Shown in pieces: positions 14,615 to 22,121 of a stretch of DNA of 34,904 nt. The notes under the pieces are model-generated. The model had not been told where the DNA came from, did no database searches, and saw only the letters and a program-made list of their open reading frames with translations. The stretch is from a virus. The DNA is taken from positions 1 to 34,904 of IMG/VR virus record IMGVR_UViG_3300006117_000005, one strand, 5' to 3'. Positions within the stretch are counted from its first letter, which is position 1. Every line of letters starts with the position of its first letter. The position numbers and the translations under genes were made by a program.

Positions 14615-15406
14615 TTATAGACCCCGTGATTTTAAGAATTCTTGATCCGACATGCTCTCTGCACTACGTTTGACAGGAGCATTCGCTTGTACTGGATTGA
14701 TAGGTTTTGGAGCTTTTTGAACCGGTGGTGCAGCAGGTTTTGATTGTTTTGAGCCAATAATCTGACCAATTCGCATTGAAGCCTGATAGGGGTTCATGCT
14801 GGCCAGCTCATGGTAAAGCTCTTCGTTTTGAAGAAGGTCGGCAGCAAGTGTCAGTGCTTCTTTTGCGCTTAGACCAAATTGATCTAAAGTCACAGGCAAT
14901 GGCGGCAATGTTTCGGCTTTTTTCATCAAGCCTTCTACATCAACACCTTCGTCCTGCAATTCAGACACAGCCGATTCAAAAGCAGCTTGACGCTCAACCT
15001 CTGATTTTTGTGACTGCTCTTTTTGAAGTTTTTCCAAGATTTTCCGTTCAGCCTTCTCAATTTGATAAGCATCCAGGGCATCCTGATAATCTTCGTATGA
15101 CTCAAAATCTTCTACTTTCGGGCGTGCAACAGGCGCTGGTGCCTTCTGTTGAGCTTCATATTCAGCAAGTTTTGCAGCCATTTCGGCCTTTTCACGAGCT
15201 AATTGTTGGATGCGTTCCTGTGCACGATTCCTTGGTTTTGGTTTATCTTCTGGCGTTTCTTCATCCTTGCCTTCACCTTCTTTGGTTTCTGGTTCGTTTG
15301 ATTGTCCACCTTCCTGCTGTTCTTCATGCTCTTGACTGTCTACGCTGTTGTTTTCCGTAGTAGCGGTGTCTACGTTGTCTTGAGTTTCAGAATTGTTCTG
15401 ATCCAT
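14615..15406 (-). CDS. Scaffolding protein
   Basis: 263 aa with a strongly acidic N-terminus, helical and E/K/Q/A-rich, lying between portal and coat. Confidence 0.7.
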   Translation of the reverse strand: MDQNNSETQDNVDTATTENNSVDSQEHEEQQEGGQSNEPETKEGEGKDEETPEDKPKPRNRAQERIQQLAREKAEMAAKLAEYEAQQKAPAPVARPKVEDFESYEDYQDALDAYQIEKAERKILEKLQKEQSQKSEVERQAAFESAVSELQDEGVDVEGLMKKAETLPPLPVTLDQFGLSAKEALTLAADLLQNEELYHELASMNPYQASMRIGQIIGSKQSKPAAPPVQKAPKPINPVQANAPVKRSAESMSDQEFLKSRGL

Positions 15407-17645
15407 TGTCTAGCTCCATTGGTGGCAAGCCACCTTCGTTGATCATTGCGCGTTCCTCAGTCTGATCAGGGCTGAGAGCGAGGGTCTGAGCCATTTCTTC
15501 AGGCATTAAAAAACCCTGCTCGGTGGCAGGGCTTTCAAAGCTTGACGCAGTTTCTGGTGGCGGCTCATGCCAGTCAGTCTGCGAAGTTAAATCGTTTTGT
15601 GGTAGGGCGTAATTTTCTACACCCTCACCTTGTTGCAGCCATCCTTGTGGAATGTTTTGCATCATGTTTTGCATATTACTCAGGTTTTGCTTGATCAGCT
15701 CAGTTACTCCTTTGAGTTCCTGAACATCAGCACGACTTGAAGCGTTAATCTGTGCAACCTGAATGTCTTTTTCGGCCTGTAGCTGAACCTTGAACATCTC
15801 CAGCTGACGTTCCTGATTCTTGTCGTTCAGCTGCGCTTGCAGGGCTTCAAGATCGCCTGTCATTTTCTGCACAAGCTCATCAAGCTGCATGATTTGCGCT
15901 TTGGCTTGTTCAGGATCAAGTTTCTCACCTTCACCCAACAATTTAGGCGGCATGGTGGTGCGGATACGCTCTGCAATTTCTTTTGCATTCAATAGCGGAG
16001 AGTTCTGTAGAAGAATATCGCCGATTAAGCTGAACAACTGCGGATTCATGCTAAGCAACTGCATCATCAGTGCAAAGTTTTGCTCACGTTGCGTATTGAA
16101 TGACGGCCCGGTATCCATGCGAACGTCATAACGCCCAATGGTTGGGTCGGCCAATACACCATTTGCCAGCTCGTCAAACAACTGTACACTTTTTGCTTCA
16201 CCATCAACACCAATTACCCGGCGCATCATTGGGACCGTGTAAAGTGCCTGGATTAAATCGAGCTGAATACGAGCACACTGGCGCACTGATTTATTTAAGT
16301 TGTCCTGCAAGTGGAACTGTGCTGTTTCAGATTGTCGCTGACGCATCCCAATTGCCACACCAGACGTTTCATTACCCTGCCCACCCATAATCGGTGCATG
16401 CATGTTTAAAATGTCTGTAATCGCCATTTTGGAGCTTTCAGCAGCATTCAGAATACCAACAGGTGGTTGAGCTGCGCCAACACGCATAGGGCGTGGGATT
16501 GGCTTGCCTTCTTCATTGTAATCATTCACCTGCACAGCAGCATATTTACTCGGGTCTTGCCACTGTTCTTCAAAGCCTGAAATACTCTCAGCACTTGCAA
16601 CCAGAATGTCATCCTGATTTTTTTGCAAGATGTGTGCTTCGGTAGACTTCCAGTAGTTGTAAAGACGCTGTGGATCTTTTGCAAAGTGAACTAGTGAGAA
16701 GATGAACCGCTCATTCTCAATATCAGTAACTTCGCCATACACTGGAATAACTGGAATGAATCGCCCAGGGAAAGTAGTTTGTTCCAGAACTTGAGAGCCT
16801 GATACTTTATACCATTTGATCTCTGTGCGCGTAGTATCGCGCTCTTGAATAACAAGACCAGATTCTTCAAGCTCTTTATCTTTCACACCAAGCTCAGCAA
16901 GCAACTCAGACTTATAAAGTGTTGAGCCATCTTCAAGCATTACCAGTGTGTCTGCCACTTCTTCTTTTTTAAAGTATTCAGCAATACAAACGGTTTGTTC
17001 GGTTGCGTTGAACCACTTGCTGTCCATGTCAAAGTCTTTGAGCGCATCATCACCATGCTGGCTTTTGATTTGATCTTTTGCCACCCATTCCGCAACGATA
17101 GCCCAATTTGCATCGGAACCATCCAAAGCGCGTGAGAGCGGATCAAGTAAAACAGCCTGCGGATTGTGCACAGGCATGAATTTAGGCTCTTGATTAAAAG
17201 ACAACGGACTCACGTAATCGGTCACAATGCGGATAAATCCAAGACCACCATAAACTGCGTTCTCGGCTGCAATATCTGCTACAGATTCAAAGTCGCTTGC
17301 TTCTTCAATGTCTTTGATCAAGCCTTCAATCAGTTTTGCGATTTCTGGATCAGCACCGTTATCTACTGGCACAACTTTGGCTTGTGGCCGGTTTTGACGC
17401 TGAGTGTTGATCTGCTGACGACAGTAAGCACGCACCAGGTTAAACTCTAAACTTGGCTTGCCCGCAGCTTGACGTTCTGCAACTGCGCCTTTCTCCCACT
17501 GCGCACCTTTTTTAGTGACAAACTCTTTATCTTCAATGCCGCGCTCATAGTTATCCGACCAGAATGACTGAGCCTCGTCACGTCTTTTCTTGATCTCATC
17601 AAGAATATCAATTTTTGTATCTTTTTCTGACATTAGCTCATCCAT
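15387..17645 (-). CDS. Portal protein
   Basis: 752 aa immediately after TerL. The alternative start at 17633 (TAATG coupling with the TerL stop) is equally plausible. Size is typical of a P22-type portal. Confidence 0.85.
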   Translation of the reverse strand: MDELMSEKDTKIDILDEIKKRRDEAQSFWSDNYERGIEDKEFVTKKGAQWEKGAVAERQAAGKPSLEFNLVRAYCRQQINTQRQNRPQAKVVPVDNGADPEIAKLIEGLIKDIEEASDFESVADIAAENAVYGGLGFIRIVTDYVSPLSFNQEPKFMPVHNPQAVLLDPLSRALDGSDANWAIVAEWVAKDQIKSQHGDDALKDFDMDSKWFNATEQTVCIAEYFKKEEVADTLVMLEDGSTLYKSELLAELGVKDKELEESGLVIQERDTTRTEIKWYKVSGSQVLEQTTFPGRFIPVIPVYGEVTDIENERFIFSLVHFAKDPQRLYNYWKSTEAHILQKNQDDILVASAESISGFEEQWQDPSKYAAVQVNDYNEEGKPIPRPMRVGAAQPPVGILNAAESSKMAITDILNMHAPIMGGQGNETSGVAIGMRQRQSETAQFHLQDNLNKSVRQCARIQLDLIQALYTVPMMRRVIGVDGEAKSVQLFDELANGVLADPTIGRYDVRMDTGPSFNTQREQNFALMMQLLSMNPQLFSLIGDILLQNSPLLNAKEIAERIRTTMPPKLLGEGEKLDPEQAKAQIMQLDELVQKMTGDLEALQAQLNDKNQERQLEMFKVQLQAEKDIQVAQINASSRADVQELKGVTELIKQNLSNMQNMMQNIPQGWLQQGEGVENYALPQNDLTSQTDWHEPPPETASSFESPATEQGFLMPEEMAQTLALSPDQTEERAMINEGGLPPMELDNGSEQF

Positions 17646-18922
17646 CCACTGCGTCTACCAAGTGGTATCGGTTTTGGTTTTGATGCCTCATGCATCTTGT
17701 TAATATTAATTGCGCCTTCACCAAAAGCATCTGAACCATGCGAAGCCCAGTCATGCACAGGTACCGCCTTAAACTGATCTAGTTTGTCGTTAAAGGCGCG
17801 TCTGTAGTTCTGCAATGCTCGAACACCTGCTTTGCATCTTTCAGCATCAAATACACAATTCCTGAGCATCTGGCGAGTAGCCTCAATACGGTCTTCAACA
17901 CCCAGCCTTGCACCTTTGTTCATGCGATAACCTAGCGTGGCCATGGTCTGTTCACGACTCACACCACTTGATAAGTCGCGTGCTGCAATGTCATGCGGTG
18001 CAAAGTGTTTTTCATAACGATAGCCAAGCTGTGAAGCCTTCTCATCAAGAATACGGGTATAGTGTGACAGTGGCTCATTGTTCGCTTCGTAGTAATCAAT
18101 GACACGAACTTCCTTACCATAAATTTGAAAGAACCAGATTGCGGTCGGGTCAAGTATCCCCAAGTCCCATGATGTGTACACAGGAAGATTGGGTTCATGT
18201 GGCACTCGGCAAATGCGGTTTTCTTTTTTGATTAACTCGAATTCAGCCTTGTAAATTGCACCATCTGCAATAGTTTTTGGCACACCTAAATAGATGTGTT
18301 CATATTCGTCAAAGCTAGATTCCTTCAACATCTCAGCAATACGTGTGATTTCAGGCGGGCAATTCGGATTATCGTAGTAATTGACAGAAATCACCTCGGT
18401 ATCTTCACGCGGTGTGTCAATATAGTTTCGATAGACCGGATCACTTGGCAGCTTAGGGTTAAGACTGAAAATAATTAGTGGGCGTTCGGTACGGATTACA
18501 GTAGGAATGAGCAATTCAAGTGAGCGGTTTCCAACGGTTTGAGCTTCTTCAACCCAAGTGATAGTTGCCCCTTCAAATGATTTGACACGCTCTGCTGTAT
18601 GATCAAGCAACCCTTTAAACACAAACAACGTACCATTTGCGCCTCGAATTTCTTTATCCAGAACCTCATAAAACCAGCCTAGATTCAACCGACTAATCCA
18701 GTCCTTAAGCAAAGCATGAATAGAATCCTCAATGGACTCTAAAGTTTCACGACAGCATAAAATCCGGTGTGGTCTCTTTGTGCCTTCAATTAGTAGAAAT
18801 CTGGCTATTTCCCACGATTTACCACCAGCACGACCGCCATGAAACACATAAAACAGTTTTTGTGGGTTAGATTCGTATAAGTAAAGCGATTTGAATTTAG
18901 TCGGTACCTTGATTTGGCTCAT
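17633..18922 (-). CDS. terL: Terminase large subunit
   Basis: 429 aa. Walker A is FHGGRAGGKS, with PBSX/Terminase_3-like organisation. Confidence 0.85.
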   Translation of the reverse strand: MSQIKVPTKFKSLYLYESNPQKLFYVFHGGRAGGKSWEIARFLLIEGTKRPHRILCCRETLESIEDSIHALLKDWISRLNLGWFYEVLDKEIRGANGTLFVFKGLLDHTAERVKSFEGATITWVEEAQTVGNRSLELLIPTVIRTERPLIIFSLNPKLPSDPVYRNYIDTPREDTEVISVNYYDNPNCPPEITRIAEMLKESSFDEYEHIYLGVPKTIADGAIYKAEFELIKKENRICRVPHEPNLPVYTSWDLGILDPTAIWFFQIYGKEVRVIDYYEANNEPLSHYTRILDEKASQLGYRYEKHFAPHDIAARDLSSGVSREQTMATLGYRMNKGARLGVEDRIEATRQMLRNCVFDAERCKAGVRALQNYRRAFNDKLDQFKAVPVHDWASHGSDAFGEGAININKMHEASKPKPIPLGRRSGWMS

Positions 18923-19418
18923 TCGTAAATACCACCTCTAAACTCATGCTGATTGGCTTACCATCAGCGCCAGTATGCTCATGCTTTACTTTGTCATTGA
19001 ACATACCCACATGCTTACCAATAAGCTCAAGCGACTTGTTTGCACCTGCCTGATCAAACTTGTATTGAGGCACATAATCACCATCTGGTCCCTGAATAAA
19101 TACAGGATTGCCTTCACGATCTAAAACCTCTTCAGCCTGCATACAACGCTCAGCAACAGATTTTAGGTTCTTCAATACGTAAAATGTGTCTAATCCCAAT
19201 TCTGCCAGCATCTCACTTTTTAAATACTTGATGCGCTCCTGAACTTCTGGCCGCAAATAAATCTTATGCGAGTTTTGACGCTTGGCCCAACCCACAATCC
19301 GGCCAGCTTCAGCAACACTATTGGTTTTGATGTACTCAAGACAGAACTTCTCATAATCCGCGTTCTCCAACTCAAGTGCACCAGGTGGAAGTTCCACTTC
19401 ATTGATTTGTTCTGACAT
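18897..19418 (-). CDS. terS: Terminase small subunit (Terminase_2-like)
   Basis: 173 aa. The N-terminal FCLEYIKTNSVAEAGRIVGW..YLRPEVQERIKYL pattern is present, and it overlaps the TerL start. Confidence 0.7.
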   Translation of the reverse strand: MSEQINEVELPPGALELENADYEKFCLEYIKTNSVAEAGRIVGWAKRQNSHKIYLRPEVQERIKYLKSEMLAELGLDTFYVLKNLKSVAERCMQAEEVLDREGNPVFIQGPDGDYVPQYKFDQAGANKSLELIGKHVGMFNDKVKHEHTGADGKPISMSLEVVFTNEPNQGTD

Positions 19419-19427
19419 ATTTCACCT

Positions 19428-19679
19428 TTAGAGCTTTTCAATAAGCTCCTGCAATTTTGAATTTACAGAAGCTGCTAAATCATGGTCATTCAGATAAGCA
19501 GAACTATTAGACAAGCAAGTAAGTGCATGAATCTTTTGCACAGCTACATCGCTTTCTAGGCGACGCAGTGAAGCATTACTTTCGCCTGTTCTAAAATCTC
19601 TAACAAAATCGTCTTTAATTGCGCCACCATTGGCTGAATATTTTGCTTCATTTTGAGTATTCATTTCATTTTCCTGCAT
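19428..19679 (-). CDS. Hypothetical protein
   Basis: 83-aa ORF in the late operon, directly after a terminator. Confidence 0.55.
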   Translation of the reverse strand: MQENEMNTQNEAKYSANGGAIKDDFVRDFRTGESNASLRRLESDVAVQKIHALTCLSNSSAYLNDHDLAASVNSKLQELIEKL

Positions 19680-19683
19680 GCAA

Positions 19684-19710
19684 TAAAAAGAAACCCTCCG
19701 AAGAGGGCTT
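19684..19710 (-). terminator. Intrinsic terminator with UUCG loop
   Basis: Minus strand reads AAGCCCTC-TTCG-GAGGGTTT followed by CTTTTTATTG. Confidence 0.7.
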
Positions 19711-20026
19711 AAAATTCTTTATCTATCGAATCTTGGTAAAGCTTTTCTTTAAGTAAATAACCCTCAAGTTCCCATATCTTTTCACGGGCATTTTGGCGAG
19801 CAATCTTGTTGCCAATTTCTTGATTGAAATTCTCTTTGCTCACACATGCCGACTTACCATCAATGGTGAATCCGTTTTTCAGTGTTAATTGGCAAATAAC
19901 CGTTCGACCATCAGGAAGGTTGGTATAAGTTTCACCAGCAATAACACTATCAATATGATCAGGCGTTAAACGTGGAGCATTTAAGCCTTTATCTTGAATC
20001 TCTTTTTCAATCTCTTGTTCTGACAT
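19709..20026 (-). CDS. Gp49-like (PF13876-type) phage protein
   Basis: 105 aa. LTPDHIDSVI..TVICQLTLKNGFTIDGKSACVSKENFNQEIGNKIARQNAREKIWELEGYLLKEKL matches the family pattern from memory. Confidence 0.65.
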   Translation of the reverse strand: MSEQEIEKEIQDKGLNAPRLTPDHIDSVIAGETYTNLPDGRTVICQLTLKNGFTIDGKSACVSKENFNQEIGNKIARQNAREKIWELEGYLLKEKLYQDSIDKEF

Positions 20027-20048
20027 GGTTTTTTACCTTTTTAGACAA

Positions 20049-20072
20049 CAAAAAAGAGCGCTTACGCACTCT
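20049..20072 (-). terminator. Intrinsic terminator after the Zn-ribbon micro-ORF
   Basis: Minus strand reads AGAGTGC-GTAA-GCGCTCT plus TTTTTT. One pair is G-U on the minus strand and C-A on the plus strand. Confidence 0.6.
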
Positions 20073-20169
20073 CACATTTCCCACACTTCCTACACTCTTT
20101 CACCCTGAACACATCATTCTCTAACTCCCAACAGTGGAAGCAGAATATCTGGCGTATGTATCGGAGCAT
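20062..20169 (-). CDS. 35-aa zinc-ribbon-like micro-protein
   Basis: MLRYIRQIFCFHCWELENDVFRVKECRKCGKCESA has CxxC..CxxCxxC. AAGGAG lies 6 nt before the ATG. Terminators flank it on both sides. Confidence 0.5.
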   Translation of the reverse strand: MLRYIRQIFCFHCWELENDVFRVKECRKCGKCESA

Positions 20170-20191
20170 TCCTTTCTCCTTAATCAGGCAC

Positions 20192-20216
20192 AAAAAAAGC
20201 CCACATTTCTGTGAGC
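20192..20216 (-). terminator. Late-leader terminator, family member 1
   Basis: Minus strand reads GCTCACA-GAAA-TGTGGGC plus T7. It includes a G-U pair that is a C-A mismatch on the plus strand. Confidence 0.7.
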
Positions 20217-20394
20217 AGGCTATTGGTCTTTCTAATTATTAAAAAAGGGGGAGAGCCTAATTACTTAGGCCCTTGAGCATGCATCCCACTAATCTTGATT
20301 AATTTTAGTAGGTTTCACTGCTTACTTCCATAAACAGCACTGCCACATCATGCCCGTGGTGACTTTTAACACCTAAAACCTAAGGAGAAAGACG

Positions 20395-20457
20395 ATGAAG
20401 CTATTAGCTCTTTTCATCTTTATTATCTTAATGATGATTTCACAATCAGTTCATTAA
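20395..20457 (+). CDS. 20-aa hydrophobic peptide (type I toxin-like), on the opposite strand to all neighbours
   Basis: MKLLALFIFIILMMISQSVH. TAAGGAG lies 7 nt before the ATG. A hairpin plus T7 follows 80 nt downstream. Confidence 0.5.
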   Translation: MKLLALFIFIILMMISQSVH

Positions 20458-20534
20458 AATACTGGCAGCCTCACCTGAGGTTGTTTGAGCCTAGATTATA
20501 AGCAGAATATTCATAAAAAGAAATTTTTTCCGAT

Positions 20535-20568
20535 AAAAAAGCCCACCTTTCGATGAGCTTATTTTTTT
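20535..20568. terminator. Bidirectional terminator, late-leader family member 2
   Basis: Minus strand reads AAGCTCATC-GAAA-GGTGGGCTT plus TTTTAT. The plus strand forms the same hairpin with two C-A mismatches, followed by T7. Confidence 0.7.
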
Positions 20569-20577
20569 CAAAATCCC

Positions 20578-20673
20578 TTAGGTCTGCGCTACCGAACCGA
20601 CACTAGAGCTAAACAAATTAATCGTCACACCACTAACAAACATTAAAACAGGGACAAAGATTTGATTATTCAT
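20578..20673 (-). CDS. 31-aa hydrophobic micro-protein
   Basis: MNNQIFVPVLMFVSGVTINLFSSSVGSVAQT. AAGGAGG lies 5 nt before the ATG. The stop is 10 nt before the terminator. Confidence 0.5.
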   Translation of the reverse strand: MNNQIFVPVLMFVSGVTINLFSSSVGSVAQT

Positions 20674-20823
20674 AAGCACCTCCTTTTGACTCAGCATTTC
20701 AGTTGCAGGGTTTGTTAAACAAAACAACATGTAAGTTGAAAGAAAGGCGATTAATCCGAGCGCTAGCGATGGAGTTGAACCATCTTCGTAAGACGCAGCA
20801 GACCTAAATGATCTTTATAGTTT

Positions 20824-20846
20824 AAAAAGCCCACCATTTGGCGAGC
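20824..20846 (-). terminator. Late-leader terminator, family member 3 (tR'-like)
   Basis: Minus strand reads GCTCGCC-AAAT-GGTGGGC plus TTTTT, with two G-U pairs. Confidence 0.65.
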
Positions 20847-21065
20847 TTCTTCTTGAACGCCGACTGGGAATCCCCGGTCCAAAACGTAATTATTGATTGG
20901 CAAGCTGTGAACCCTTGCTTGTGCCACGTCCGTTTAGAGCCGCTTGCTAGTAAGGCACTATCTGCATCCACATCTAATAGATGGTGCGCCGGATGCAACT
21001 CAAATTATGGATACCGTATCACCTACGGATTCAATCAATATTAGTGACTAGGTTACAACTTCGCC

Positions 21066-21105
21066 ACTATAACAGAAATATGCCATATCTCGGTATACCA
21101 GTCAA
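21066..21105 (-). promoter_or_regulatory. Candidate Q-dependent late promoter (PR'-like) with a downstream -10-like repeat
   Basis: Minus strand reads TTGACT (21105-21100), a 17-nt spacer, CATATT (21082-21077), 5 nt, then TGTTATAGT (extended -10-like, 21071-21066). It starts 4 nt after the Q stop codon. Confidence 0.35.
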
Positions 21106-21108
21106 TAT

Positions 21109-21549
21109 CTAGCCAATTTTTAGTCTGTTATCGCGGGAATGGATGAAATAGCGAGCACAGTTAATCATCATGTGAGCTATCGGCTTGCTTTGATTGGTCA
21201 TATGAGCCACAGCATTTAAACTACGATTCTCCACCTTGTGCTTCACCAGACACATCACCGCATACTTGGCTGTGAAGTCCACTGACTCAGATTGAAAGAT
21301 ACCCCTCAACAACGCCTGCACCTGGTCCGCTTCATAGTCGCTAATCTCACAACGGATATAAGCCTTACCTTTTGGCATTTCCTTACCTGCTTCACGCATC
21401 AACCAGTAAATCTGATTAATATGCAAACCATCGGGATAGTCTCCTCCTCTCATGCGCTCAGTCTCACACCAAGCCCCGAACTGCTCCAGCCAGCCATCAA
21501 TTGTATATTTTGCCCAATCCATTACTTGTGTTTTCACCGCCGCATTCAT
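21109..21549 (-). CDS. Antitermination protein Q-like late-gene activator
   Basis: Start refined to MNAAVKTQV. LEQFGAWC, ISDYEADQVQALL and a C-terminal helix pattern resemble the lambdoid Q (QuuD-type) family from memory. It is the last gene before the terminator-rich late leader. Confidence 0.6.
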   Translation of the reverse strand: MNAAVKTQVMDWAKYTIDGWLEQFGAWCETERMRGGDYPDGLHINQIYWLMREAGKEMPKGKAYIRCEISDYEADQVQALLRGIFQSESVDFTAKYAVMCLVKHKVENRSLNAVAHMTNQSKPIAHMMINCARYFIHSRDNRLKIG

Positions 21550-21559
21550 CCCGTTCCCC

Positions 21560-21862
21560 TTATCTATCCAACTGCACTTCACGCATTTCTATTGTGTAGA
21601 GATCACCGCCATACATAGTGATGTCAAACTTCTTGCCTGTTCTCTGCTCAAATTCCTTATTAAGACCCTCGCACAATCTGACGACCTCCATGTACTCCTC
21701 ATCTGCTTGATTCAGCACGTACTCTGGTACTTTTGCGACAATCTCTCTCGCCACATTAAGAATCTCTACGGCTCGATCTTTGTCCAGGCAACGGAAGAAC
21801 GCATGGAATCCTTCCTCATACTTTTCAAAGGTGCCCACTTCGTAAATTACTGCGCTCTCCAT
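21560..21862 (-). CDS. Hypothetical protein
   Basis: Start refined to MESAVIYEV with AAGGGGA upstream. 100 aa. Confidence 0.6.
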   Translation of the reverse strand: MESAVIYEVGTFEKYEEGFHAFFRCLDKDRAVEILNVAREIVAKVPEYVLNQADEEYMEVVRLCEGLNKEFEQRTGKKFDITMYGGDLYTIEMREVQLDR

Positions 21863-21872
21863 TGCTTTCCCC

Positions 21873-21956
21873 TTATTTCCCAAATATTCCGAGCAACACC
21901 ATTGCAAGCATGAATATCGCTATGATTAATACTGTGGCCTTATCTTCACTGTTCAT
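21873..21956 (-). CDS. 27-aa single-TM micro-protein
   Basis: MNSEDKATVLIIAIFMLAMVLLGIFGK. Its ATG overlaps the upstream stop (TGATG). Confidence 0.4.
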   Translation of the reverse strand: MNSEDKATVLIIAIFMLAMVLLGIFGK

Positions 21957-22111
21957 CACCTGCCCTCCCATCTGCGACTCTTGCGACCTTTAAATTCCTT
22001 TTCACTGCTTTTACGAATCCTCCAAGCCACAACAGCTACCACAAGTGAAGAGACCAAGCTTATGATTAGAAAGCCACTTAAAACCCATGCTAAAAACTCA
22101 AAACCATCCAT
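21956..22111 (-). CDS. 51-aa single-TM protein with a basic C-terminus
   Basis: MDGFEFLAWVLSGFLIISLVSSLVVAVVAWRIRKSSEKEFKGRKSRRWEGR, with a G-rich RBS GGGGTGGGA. Confidence 0.5.
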   Translation of the reverse strand: MDGFEFLAWVLSGFLIISLVSSLVVAVVAWRIRKSSEKEFKGRKSRRWEGR

Positions 22112-22121
22112 TTCCCACCCC

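Noticed and set aside
20768-20784. tRNA T-arm-like hairpin on the minus strand (GATGG-TTCAACT-CCATC).
   Set aside because: No complementary 5' acceptor strand exists for the following GCTAGCG. No anticodon or D arm can be drawn in the ~60 nt upstream, which is partly occupied by terminator 20824-20846. It is not a tRNA.
20838-21044. 68-aa plus-strand ORF in the late leader (MASFFLNADWESPVQ...).
   Set aside because: It starts at a non-ATG codon without an RBS, has a Cys/Asn-rich odd composition, and lies antisense to the predicted PR'-to-tR' leader transcript. I treat the region as non-coding RNA leader.
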